DNA of 60,428 bases, filler included, from Stramenopiles sp. TOSAG23-6 (Eukaryota): the NCBI GenBank assembly GCA_900128565.1. It is 4 parts of 4 records of this genome, joined end to end, with 100 filler letters (N's around TTAATTAATTAA, not from the genome) between each part and the next. Parts side by side here need not be neighbours in the genome. Positions count along the whole stretch, not along the records: positions 15,146 to 30,189 come from LT636129.1; positions 30,290 to 45,325 come from LT636130.1; 2 more parts are not named here. The stretch is one strand, 5' to 3'. The position numbers were made by a program, and so were the translations under genes. This document shows, in pieces, positions 24,601 to 34,722 of this stretch. Each line of letters begins with the position of its first letter. The stretch's first letter is position 1. The notes under the pieces were generated by a model that saw only the letters and a list, made by a program, of their open reading frames with translations, was not told the DNA's origin and did no database searches.

Positions 24601-24784
24601 GTACTGCCGTTGGCCCACCGATAACATCATTTGATGCTGGTAATGGAAACCAAGTTAATGGAATTTCATATCCAATTTTGTCTGGATCCCATGGACTTCC
24701 CTTGACTAAAGACTGTTGATCATTATGCAGAATTCCAGACATTCCGAGTGCTCTTTCTATCGGAATTTTCTTGATGATATGCAA
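15684..24784 (-). CDS. Giant (~2950 aa) multi-IQ, SAM-like, WW, EF-hand and B-box zinc-finger protein; exons ~24784-20462, 20360-20229, 20099-15684
   Basis: Many IQxxxR motifs, an EF-hand pair (DEDNSGELD, DPNNDGSVD), WW domains (YYWNYITGDVSW; FYVNQVRGETVW), repeated CxxC..H B-boxes; the two ORFs join in frame through a 132-nt exon. Confidence 0.8.
20100..20228 (-). mobile_element. Introner-like intron, GT..AT
   Basis: Consensus present; frame restored. Confidence 0.85.
20361..20461 (-). mobile_element. Introner-like intron, GT..AT (AT duplicated)
   Basis: Consensus present; frame restored. Confidence 0.85.
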
Positions 24785-26397
24785 CTTGATTCGTCTTTGA
24801 TCTCCACCTCGATGGGGCTAGATCTACTATAGGATTGGAATGAACAAATTTCTTAACTTGGGGAGGTAAAGCTGCTAATCGCGTCGGCTTTGAAAATCGT
24901 CCAATACGATGACTAATATTCTTGTGATTGACTAAATGTAACCAAGGATGTAAATTTACTTTTCGGAAAGAATGTTGTGCTTGTTGTTCTTTTTTAAACT
25001 TTTCTGAATGCTTAACGCGTTTCATTGAAGGCAATAAAGAGCCAACTGAATCGCGAGACCTGACAGAGCTTGCAGATGTAGGTCGAATATCTTCATCATC
25101 ACCATTATCTGAATCATAATCGTACTTGTTTTCAAACCAAGATTGTTTAACTTCATCGGTACTTTTTAATTCAGAAGCAATAATATCTGTTACAATTTTC
25201 CCTGACATTTCATTTTGTGTTTTATGAAGAACCAACGAACGGTCTATTGTTCCTTCATCTGTTGGACCTTTATCGTTTACAACTGGAGTTTCGTTTTCAT
25301 ATATTGTGAAACATATTAAAAAAAAATCGTTAGGTACGAAATTTTTTTACGAAAAAAAAAAAAAACTAAATTTAAAATTTAGATGAAAAATTGAAAAAAC
25401 ATTAAACATACCGATGCAATTATATTTGATTTCCATGCTACTTTGACTTTAGAATGAAATTTTGCATTTTGCCTTTCTAGAGATCTAAATTTTTCTCTTT
25501 TCTTTTGTATTTTATTTGAAGTGAGGCAAGATGTCAAATTCAATTATTATTTTAGATATTGTAACTAGTGTAGTTTGTTTTGAGTTGTATGAAAAACAAA
25601 GTAAAGAAAATTTCAAAATATATTTCAAAAAATATTTCAAAAAATTTAAATAATTTTTTGTAAGTACAAAATTGCTTATGAAAAAAATATATATGATGAC
25701 GTACATTTTCAAATATTTCACTTTTTTCAGATGGATCTATTCGTAGTGGAGGTTTTGGTTGTATTTTATCATTTTTACTTTTATTTGTTTTGCGCAGTTC
25801 TCTCGCGGATGCTTTGGCTGCTTTTACGATTGGTGACATTTCATTTTTGGAGGATTTCTTTCCTATATGATGATGAGTCTGTGAAAAGTATACTATTTTT
25901 TTATCTCCATTTGAACGACGACGTAATTGGAATAATTCACTAATTGAATTTGGTATGTTTACACCTGAAATTTCATTACCTGTTGGATTCACATCCATAT
26001 GTAATAGTTTTTTATCATAATGTACACGATCTGCACTTCCTAATATAGATGAAAGTGCAAAACATGCGTTGAGATATACTTTATGATCGTCCTGAGATTT
26101 TTGTTCAGAGACAACCCTCATGAGATTTGTCAATAACGGCACGGCAGAGGTCCGGTTTCTTATCCTCTCTCTCATATATTTACTTTTCCCTGACAATCTA
26201 CTAAGTGCCCGTGCAGCTAAACCACGAATCCACAAAACTTCACCACTATCAAGTGCTGAAAAAATGCTATTAAGATCATTTTCGTTAATATGGGGCGGGC
26301 CATCTTCACTTCCAATATCAGCTAACCAATGGCGAAACTTTCTTCCCCTTCCTGAGGGAGCTTCTGAGACAGGACGAGAACGAATCATCTGTTTCAT
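24723..26397 (-). CDS. ARM-like hypothetical protein with two introns and an apparent frameshift; possibly the 5' part of the IQ gene
   Basis: ARM-like helices (AARALSRLS, NACFALSSI); frame break near 25545; overlaps the IQ ORF in another frame. Confidence 0.45.
25299..25411 (-). mobile_element. Introner-like intron, GT..AT
   Basis: Consensus present; joins IIAS to ENETP in frame. Confidence 0.75.
25584..25704 (-). mobile_element. Degenerate introner-like intron, GT..AC (3' end uncertain)
   Basis: GTACGT donor, TTTTGTACTTAC core, duplicated TTTTGAAATAT block. Confidence 0.55.
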
Positions 26398-26729
26398 TTC
26401 TGCTATTTATATTGTCCTATACTATCATTTATACTGTATATTAAGTAATTGCATCATTGCTAGATATGTAGTAATGATTACAATGACCTTTGATGATTTA
26501 ATTGTATACTATTGGTCGTTTTGTGCAAGCCCTGACACAATGTTTAGCTTACGGTTACATATTTTTTGCAATTGTTACCCGGTACCCTGTTCAAAATTGT
26601 TCTTTTTACGTTCTTTAATACAATTAAAAAAATATTGACGATGCTGTGGTGAAAATATTTTACCTAAAAATGCCTTATTCACAGTTTGTCATACATTCAT
26701 TTTTATTTTTTAACACATGCAGCTTAAAA

Positions 26730-28052
26730 TTAAGCCCCATCATCACCACCTGAATCACTGCTTCCATTTAAAGAACTTTTAGAAACATCGAGTTCCTCAT
26801 ATAAACTATATGGTTCCTCACTCAATTCCTCACTTGAATCATCATTGGAATAAATCCCAAGATCGAACCTATTTCTCTCCGCCGCTTTTTGGCATACACG
26901 ACAGAAACGATAATCAGTATCACCTTTAGCCGTTCCTGTACTCAACTCATCGACTTCATCTATACTACAACAGCATTGAAATTTTCCACGATCACCTTCA
27001 GGCCCATCGAAGTCGATTCCTATTCCGTTTGTCCCGTAATGTCCACGCTCACTCACCATATGTATAATATCTTCCTTGGTCAAACCGAAAACTTTTGATG
27101 CGACTTCAACAAAGTCAGAACGACCCGGAGGACGAGGGAGTGTACCATCATTTCTAATTGACTCAAGTACCTTCTCATTCTTAAATATCGATCCGTTGTG
27201 ATATTCTAATATAGAAATATCATCACATTCAAAATTTTCCCTTTTATCAGGATGAATCCAAATGACCTTACCAGCGAAAACCTCAAGTTGTTTTGAAGTG
27301 CACTGACGAAGAATCCTTCTGATGAACTTTTCATGAAACTCCATAAAAAATCGAGAAAGATCCACCGCCAGAAAGTAGGACTCTGGAATCCAGAAGTCAA
27401 GCGACCTGTGCAAGGAACCCAGCCAAATAACACGAGCAATTTGTGGTTGTTTTCCAAACAGAAAACTTGCCATGGTAGGAGAGTGCATACAATCAAAAAA
27501 ATATTTAATATAATCGCTTTTTCTTTCACCAAATACCTCAAAACCACTAGTTGGAGAGAGTAAAAAAGATTTAGAAGGCAGTTGGCTTAACACTGAAGCC
27601 ATCAAAGTTATCCTCTCGTCTCTTTGTGCACTTGTCAATGAACGATCTTCAACACCGCGCAAATTAGGCGCTGAAAACTCAAAGGCAGTAGGGTCTACCC
27701 TAACGGCATCCGACACAACTCGAAAATCAGATTGCAAGGATTCTGGCCCATGCTGAAGTGTTAATCTTGGTCGCAGTTTTAAACAACATTCCAACACTTC
27801 TTTGGACTCAGCAACCCCAGTAGGAAAAGAATAAAGAATCCTATCGCTAAATCGTCTCGTTACCTTTTCATAAGGTATCGTCCTACACAATCGTGCTACT
27901 CCTAAAAGTGCCCCATATTCTTCTTCACTGAGCTCCTTCTTTGTAACAGTTTTTGACGTTTCGGATGGCTCACTTCTTGATGCCATTGCAGCGTGACTGG
28001 GATTCATGAAAAGTAGCGCTCCTACAAATATAAAATGAAATGCATTCATCAT
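26730..28052 (-). CDS. Hypothetical protein with signal peptide (DUF4116-like segment)
   Basis: 440-aa intronless ORF; LQHGPESLQSDFRVVSDAV resembles DUF4116 repeats. Confidence 0.55.
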   Translation of the reverse strand: MMNAFHFIFVGALLFMNPSHAAMASRSEPSETSKTVTKKELSEEEYGALLGVARLCRTIPYEKVTRRFSDRILYSFPTGVAESKEVLECCLKLRPRLTLQHGPESLQSDFRVVSDAVRVDPTAFEFSAPNLRGVEDRSLTSAQRDERITLMASVLSQLPSKSFLLSPTSGFEVFGERKSDYIKYFFDCMHSPTMASFLFGKQPQIARVIWLGSLHRSLDFWIPESYFLAVDLSRFFMEFHEKFIRRILRQCTSKQLEVFAGKVIWIHPDKRENFECDDISILEYHNGSIFKNEKVLESIRNDGTLPRPPGRSDFVEVASKVFGLTKEDIIHMVSERGHYGTNGIGIDFDGPEGDRGKFQCCCSIDEVDELSTGTAKGDTDYRFCRVCQKAAERNRFDLGIYSNDDSSEELSEEPYSLYEELDVSKSSLNGSSDSGGDDGA

Positions 28053-28349
28053 ATGGATATCGATTCCTACTAGAAAAATAATTTATCCTTCTCGCATGGT
28101 ATCGATAGGTCCTACTAGGGATATACACACGCACACATGACAATGACATATATCACATATCCCAATTTCGGAATTTAAATATTTTTGATCGCCAATCGCG
28201 ATTTTTTGCGTATTTCGTGTTATTTAACATAAAAAAAAATAAAAAAATGGCGTTTATTACCGTTTTAAAACTACTACTACAAGGTACTAGACTATATAGC
28301 GTATCTTTTATCATTTGCATTACACAGGGAACCAGAATATAGATTTAAA

Positions 28350-28916
28350 ATGACATTCCAACCACCATTCATGCTACACGCAGATCTTGCAGCGGCACTT
28401 ATTTTAACTCATCATATATTTGTACAGTTGCTGATCGAAATAGTATTTCGTCAAGGGTTTCGAAAGATTTCCCCTGCCGAGTTTCAGAAGTTGAAACAAG
28501 GGAAATATTATAAACGATTCATCGCAGCATGGGAAAATGAAGGCAATAATGCGGCCGTGCTTGTTTCATGTCTCGCTTATCTCTCTCTTAAAGGACTTCC
28601 TTCTCCCTGGTGCTCTACCCTGGCTTTCTCTGGACAAGTATCTTACTTTTGGTTACGTGCGATTTTTGGAGATGCAGGGGATGGGGGCTTTCATCCTCCT
28701 ATTTATATTCCTGGTTCTTTGATGCGTTTCTTCGCGTTAGTCGCAATTGCACACACGATGTATTTTGACTCACCGCAAATTACCTTAAAGCCAATTTATA
28801 TAAGCGATATTGGACAGCAAATGAGTTATTGTACGTGTACCTTTTGGACCTGGCTGGCGGGCACATACCACGAGCCACCGCCAGAACTGTTAAATGAATT
28901 GCCAGATAGTGAGTAA
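28350..28916 (+). CDS. Small multi-pass membrane protein (possibly MAPEG-like)
   Basis: 188-aa ORF with about 4 hydrophobic helices. Confidence 0.55.
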   Translation: MTFQPPFMLHADLAAALILTHHIFVQLLIEIVFRQGFRKISPAEFQKLKQGKYYKRFIAAWENEGNNAAVLVSCLAYLSLKGLPSPWCSTLAFSGQVSYFWLRAIFGDAGDGGFHPPIYIPGSLMRFFALVAIAHTMYFDSPQITLKPIYISDIGQQMSYCTCTFWTWLAGTYHEPPPELLNELPDSE

Positions 28917-28972
28917 TATGTCAGAGGCTATATTTTCTTCAATATATTTGTATATAAAACAATAATTTATTT

Positions 28973-30189
28973 TTACATCATAATACAGGCTTTACTCGCA
29001 ATTTTACTCTTCAATATCAATTCTCTATTTTTGCGTTCTTCAATAAAAGCTTTGTTTCCATCATTTTTTGTTTCAATGACATTTTCAGAATCAGCTTCCT
29101 CGTTAGCATTAGGAAAACTTTCTAAAGTTCCACCTTCAAATTCCGAAATTCTAACATCCCGACTCGGCGATTTCAATGATGACAAAAGAAATTGGGCGGC
29201 ATTTTCGTCACCATCAGCAACAACAACCGTCAACCGTACATCTTCACTATTTTTCTTCATCTTCCTCAAGAAAAATTCAGTAGCACTTGCTTTTGCTTTA
29301 TCTATAAAATTTGCTTCATTATCATCAACACTATCAATGTTTTCCAAATCTGTTTCAGATTTTTCCAGTAAACCGTATAATTCTGTTTCAGCTTCTTTTA
29401 TTCGTCGATCACTTTCCATTTTTTGCTGTTTTGCAGCTTCTGCTAACCTTCTCCTTCTATATCTTGCTTCTGCAGATGTACCAGACTTTAATTCTAAAGG
29501 AGGTAGCTTGCGTTCACTTCTTCTGCTATCCACATTAATATTTTCTAAACTATTCTTTGTCGACCCCTTTNNNNNNNNNNNNNNNNNNNNNNNNNNNNNN
29601 NNNNNNNNNNNNNNNNNNNNNNNNNNNNNNNNNNNNNNNNNNNNNNNNNNNNNNNNNNNNNNNNNNNNNNNNNNNNNNNNNNNNNNNNNNNNNNNNNNNN
29701 NNNNNNNNNNNNNNNNCAAGACTCTGCACCACGTGATAAAAGGATTCGAACAATAGGAACACTCCCAGAGAAGCAAGCAGCATGTAGAGGAGTATTTAAT
29801 GCTGTATTTTTTTTACAAAGTCCATGGGCCGTTGTGAATAAAAGTATACATTGAGTAGCAAAAAGATGACCTTTAAAACATGCTGCATGGAGAGGAGTAT
29901 TTCCGGCTGTATTTACATTATCCAACATGCCCAAAACTACCGTTTTTTGAGCAGGGCGAAGTGTATATAAAGTGACATCGGATCCATCCAATTGAATTTG
30001 AGCAGGTGTCACTTTTAATTTTTTTGTTGCAGATGGAGCAGCAGCAGAAATTGCAGTAGCAAGAAGTAATTTAATAATTCGAGTATGACCTCTAAAACTA
30101 CCACAATGAAGAGGACTATTTCCCTTTAAATTGCGTTTGTTTAAATCAACTCCAGCTTTGATAATTAGGGCGGCAACATCAGTATGTCC
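28973..30189 (-). CDS. Ankyrin-repeat protein with C-terminal CaaX (CIMM); 5' truncated, internal N gap
   Basis: GNTPLHAAC, NTPLHAAC and GNSPLH repeats; ends KACIMM-stop. Confidence 0.75.
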
Positions 30190-30289
30190 NNNNNNNNNNN
30201 NNNNNNNNNNNNNNNNNNNNNNNNNNNNNNNNNTTAATTAATTAANNNNNNNNNNNNNNNNNNNNNNNNNNNNNNNNNNNNNNNNNNNN
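30190..30289. other. Artificial scaffold spacer
   Basis: N-TTAATTAATTAA-N. Confidence 0.9.
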
Positions 30290-30344
30290 TACAAAATTTC
30301 GTACGAAAAAAAAAATAAATTTGAAATTCATAATGAAAACGTAC
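30290..30344 (-). mobile_element. Introner-like intron, 5' part
   Basis: GTACGT donor and core; truncated by gap. Confidence 0.75.
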
Positions 30345-31141
30345 TCTTTGTTGTTGTATTTGGTATACTATCAAACTGTCTATGACAAATATAAACAGCA
30401 CTAGCGCCCCCCACAGAGAAAATTTCTCTTGAAATGTCAATGGATGACGGTCCAGCGCCTAATACAACAATTCGTTTACCTTTATGTATTTTGGAAAAAT
30501 ATTTCAAAAAAAATCTAAAAAAATTGTTAGGTACAAATTTTCGTATGAAAAATAAATTCGAAATTGAAAAAAAAAATAAAACATACATATTCTTTAGGTG
30601 TGTCATATGCAATTGAGTGCTTTACAGTAAAGGTGCAAGTATCTCTTCCAGGGATTGACGGTTCGTAGGGCACTTGAAAGTGACCATTCGCAATAACAAT
30701 TGCGTCAAACACCTCAGTGTTCTCCTCTCCTTCTTGTGACTTTGTTTTAACTCTCCAACAAGTTGAGTCGTTTGGACAACTCTCTTTTCGTGCAGTGCTA
30801 ACATTGGTTACACGTGTACCAAGTGAGATACACGACAATAAGGAATGTGTTTTTGCGTAAGATTTAAGGTAGTTAGCAACGATGTTGTGACCAACGAAAC
30901 TTTTTGTACACTCTGGAAAAGGACTCCCCATGAAAGCCATTATCTCCTTTGGCAGATTCGTCTGTAAATTTTGATACATTGCTTGACCAGCAGAAGAGCC
31001 GTGGTTCCATACTCCACCTACACTTTGCTCTGCTTCGAAACACTTTACACAAACTCCTGCTTCACGAAGACGTCGTACAGCAGAAAGGCCTGCAGCTCCC
31101 GCGCCAATGACTGCCACATTTGTAGAGGTGATCTTTTTCAT
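30345..31141 (-). CDS. Flavin-containing monooxygenase, 3' truncated; exons 31141-30587, 30483-30345
   Basis: GAGAAG, GGVW, IANGHF, HSIAY; splicing gives PKEY|KGKRIVVLGAGPS. Confidence 0.9.
30484..30586 (-). mobile_element. Introner-like intron, GT..AT (AT duplicated)
   Basis: Restores the context of the NADPH-binding motif. Confidence 0.9.
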
Positions 31142-31376
31142 AGTATGATAAAAATATCGTTGAAAAGAAGAACAATCTGATTGTCCAGAGTGTGGCCAAC
31201 ACAATTCTTGTTTTGACTCGAGAGAGAGAAAAAACGTATCAACCGTTAACCGTTGAATTTGTTGAAACTTCATCAGTGCCGCGTGATATACAAGCAAGTA
31301 GTTTTGTAGGAGAGACAATGCTACATTTAACGAGACAATAAAGTTTTACTCATAGTTTGTAACAAATATAGACGCA

Positions 31377-34300
31377 ATGGGTAATGAATTCTCCTCCAAA
31401 GAAGAAGCGCTGAGAGATGCTATCATAGACTCGTCACATCCAAGAACACATTTTACTGAAATTGAGGCGCGGAAACTTTTGTTTCGGTTTAACCAGCTGC
31501 GCAAGACTAAAGTTGATGTAAAAACAGGAATAATGACACAAAAACCAAGTCATCCTAATTCAAAGGAAAAGAATAAATTAAGACTTTTCTCAAAGAAGAA
31601 AAAAAAGCTGGAAAAAGACGAAGAGGGAAAGATTGATGTTTCAGACTTGACTAAACTTTCACTAAAAAACATCAAAGTCAGTGTTTTCCATACAATGCCT
31701 GAGTTAGCTACAAATCCATTTGCGCAATTCTTATTAGATGCATATGCATCAAAATTAGGCAACTTAGAGAGTATATCACCACAATTAGATATTAGATTAG
31801 ATTTACCATTAGAAGCAACGGTAACTGTGTCAAAATTAACAAAAAAATGTTGCCCTGATCTTCTTGGTAGGGCTATTTTACTTCTGTCTTTACCAGAAGA
31901 GATAAGTGAAAAAAAAGGAGGTGCTGTTAGTTGGTCATTGCAAAGAGCTAGGATTTTGCCTGGAATGATTTTGGTAATGATCAATGATATTGATATTAGT
32001 GAACTCGAGCACGTTGATGCTTTAGAAATTCTTGTAGAAGCTAGTGAAGATTTGAAAAGAATTCAAAGACAGCGAAATTCGGGTATTACTGAAGGTTTGG
32101 GAGACTCTCGACACGTTTCTACCGAAGGTAAAACGAAAACCGATGTTCATTATATAAAACTTGTCTTTAGACCGGCTCGAAAGCATTATGATTTAGTTTG
32201 GGACAATGCAGAACCATCCACAGAAGAGAAGCAGCTCATAGACTCCATTGCTGTAGTACAAATCCCACCATGTCAGATAGAAATAGGTGCCGACCTCATT
32301 CCTGGCGAGGGTGACATAGGTGCCACAGTCCGTGATATTATTGCATTGCCTGGAGGTCGACCCTCTCCGCTAAAGAAATTTCGTGAAGTAGAGAAGGGTA
32401 TGCATGTCTTTCAGATGAATGGTCAAGATTTATCCACAAAAAGTTATGATGCAATTATGAAGAAACTTAAAGATCCAAATAATTGTAAAGATGGAAGGAC
32501 AATAATTTTCAGGGATATGCCAAAGGAAGAAAGTGAAAGTGAGAGTGAAAGTGAAAATGAATTTGATAGAGTTGCGAGAAAAGAAAAAGAAGAATTAGAA
32601 GAAAAAGAAAGGCGTCGTCAGGAGGAGATAGAAGAAGAAGAAAATATGGGCAAGAAAAAGAAAAAGAAGAAAAAAAAAGTTAAAAAGCCAAAGGAATTGA
32701 CCGAGAAGCAAAAGAAGAAAAAGAAAATCAAAGAAGAAAAGGCGGAAGCAAAACGATGGAAAAATTTAAAGCCTGCGGAAAAACGCGCAGAAAAGGAAGC
32801 AGCAAAAAAGCTTGAAGATAAAAAGGCAATACAAAAGCGAAATAAGGAAAAAATAAAGCGTTCACACAGGAATAAAGTCATACTCTTACTTCCACACGGT
32901 CCTATCGGGGCTCGTTGGGAGGCTAACGATGCTGGTAACGCAGCAGTTCTTGAGGAATACATATTACCTGAAGATGAACCAACTAGCGAAGAAGATATCG
33001 AGGAAACAAATATAGAAGGGAAAAAGAGTGAGAAAGATGAAGAAGAAAGTGAGAAGAATTTAGTCGAAGATGCAAAAACAGAAGAAGATGCAAAAACAGA
33101 AGAAGATGCAAAAACAGAAGAAGATGGAAAACCAGAAGAAGATGGAAAAGAAAAGAAGAAGAAGAAGAAAAAGAAAAAGGAAAAGAAGAAAAAGGCGAAG
33201 AAGAAATCCAAAAAAGAGCTCAAAGAAGAAGCTCGAATAGAAGCTCTTAAGAAAAAGCGAGCTAAGCGCAAGAAAAGGGAAAAGGCAGAGCGCAAGGAAG
33301 CTCGTCGACTACGTCGTTTAGAACCAAAAATATCAAATCTAGAAAATATAGCAAATGGGTCAATCGATATCGGTTGGACTTTACAATACATAAATTATAA
33401 ATCAGTCGTCGAAACACCCTTTTCCACTGTAATGGAAATGCTCGACGAGTTAGAAGAATGTTCAAAAACATTGATTTTTCATCCTTCTTTAGTAAAGAGG
33501 CATCCTCACATGACCAAGATATATTATGCACATATAAGTGAAGGACGTGCCGAGAGTGGTGCGGGGCCTCCAGAAGTCACTATTAATTTGCCAAAAGGAG
33601 AGCATGGCTTAAATCTTCGAGCAAACTTTGATGGATTGGCAGCAGTCGTGGAGAGTGTAAACAGTAAAACTTGTCAGCTGTCGGCAGAAGAACAAAGTAA
33701 AATTATACATTATACGATTTCAGAATTTATATGTGGAAATGTTCGTTTAGACTGTACACAAATGCTTTTTAGTGAAGTTCTTGGTGTAATAAATCTCAAT
33801 AGTGGTGAATTTCGAACTCTTAAACTAGAAAATTTAACTCATGGGTTGAAACTACCTGGAATCGACCCTGAAGTACTCGCAGATAGATGGACAGATGACG
33901 AGAAAGCCATAGGAAAGTTATTTCAAATTTTAGATACTAAAAATGAAGGTGTAATTAGAAGACGAGCAGCGGCTAAACTTATGATACAGCTTGGTTGTTC
34001 CAAAGATGATGTGGAGATGCTAATGATTCCTTTTGCAGAAAATAAAGAGCAATTAATGAATATGGGCGATTTTCAGGAACACATGTCAAAGATGACAGAA
34101 TATAATATGAAACATCCATCAGAACTATTTGAAATGTTACAAAGTCGCATTGATGGAAATGTTGATACATTGAACTTTGAGCAGTTTACAAATTTCTTAT
34201 CTACTTTTCACAGTCTAGCAAGCCCACAAGAGAAATTTAACATGTTCTTTTGGCTTCTAGACTATGATGACTCGGGTTCTGTTCAACCAGATGATTTGTT

Positions 34301-34538
34301 TGTGTTTATCAAACGAATTATGGGAGTTGGTTGTATGAGCGATAATCAAGTAGAGCATGTTGTTTCTGAATTTGAAAAGGCAGTAGTTAAATTGGGTTTG
34401 GCTAAATATCCCGATAAAGTGTCCTTACGAAAATCCGAGTTGGCTCAAACTGGATTAATTGATATAGAGAAAGATCTTGCTCGAAGAATGACTTTAGGAT
34501 CATTTGTAGCTAAAAAGTCCAAAGCCAAAGAAGCGTAA
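31377..34538 (+). CDS. Calcineurin B/CIB-like EF-hand protein with a large insert (PDZ-like units and Lys/Glu low complexity)
   Basis: MGNE start, PELATNPF, LNFEQF..EKFNMFFWLLDYDDSG. Confidence 0.7.
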   Translation: MGNEFSSKEEALRDAIIDSSHPRTHFTEIEARKLLFRFNQLRKTKVDVKTGIMTQKPSHPNSKEKNKLRLFSKKKKKLEKDEEGKIDVSDLTKLSLKNIKVSVFHTMPELATNPFAQFLLDAYASKLGNLESISPQLDIRLDLPLEATVTVSKLTKKCCPDLLGRAILLLSLPEEISEKKGGAVSWSLQRARILPGMILVMINDIDISELEHVDALEILVEASEDLKRIQRQRNSGITEGLGDSRHVSTEGKTKTDVHYIKLVFRPARKHYDLVWDNAEPSTEEKQLIDSIAVVQIPPCQIEIGADLIPGEGDIGATVRDIIALPGGRPSPLKKFREVEKGMHVFQMNGQDLSTKSYDAIMKKLKDPNNCKDGRTIIFRDMPKEESESESESENEFDRVARKEKEELEEKERRRQEEIEEEENMGKKKKKKKKKVKKPKELTEKQKKKKKIKEEKAEAKRWKNLKPAEKRAEKEAAKKLEDKKAIQKRNKEKIKRSHRNKVILLLPHGPIGARWEANDAGNAAVLEEYILPEDEPTSEEDIEETNIEGKKSEKDEEESEKNLVEDAKTEEDAKTEEDAKTEEDGKPEEDGKEKKKKKKKKKEKKKKAKKKSKKELKEEARIEALKKKRAKRKKREKAERKEARRLRRLEPKISNLENIANGSIDIGWTLQYINYKSVVETPFSTVMEMLDELEECSKTLIFHPSLVKRHPHMTKIYYAHISEGRAESGAGPPEVTINLPKGEHGLNLRANFDGLAAVVESVNSKTCQLSAEEQSKIIHYTISEFICGNVRLDCTQMLFSEVLGVINLNSGEFRTLKLENLTHGLKLPGIDPEVLADRWTDDEKAIGKLFQILDTKNEGVIRRRAAAKLMIQLGCSKDDVEMLMIPFAENKEQLMNMGDFQEHMSKMTEYNMKHPSELFEMLQSRIDGNVDTLNFEQFTNFLSTFHSLASPQEKFNMFFWLLDYDDSGSVQPDDLFVFIKRIMGVGCMSDNQVEHVVSEFEKAVVKLGLAKYPDKVSLRKSELAQTGLIDIEKDLARRMTLGSFVAKKSKAKEA

Positions 34539-34722
34539 GAGTAAAAATATACAAATGCGTACGGTTAAGTAAAAGATGGAGAATATACAATACAATGATA
34601 GTAAACCAAAGAATACGATTTAATATTTATCGAATGGTTGGAGGACTTCAAGATCTCAAACGCAACAAAATATTTACCATTTACTTTATAATAAATAAAA
34701 AGTGACAGTACATCAATCATAT

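Noticed and set aside
32618-33391. Long antisense Phe/Ser-rich ORFs (also 18478-19161 and 29031-29756)
   Set aside because: Shadows of Lys/Glu-rich coding sequence on the opposite strand.
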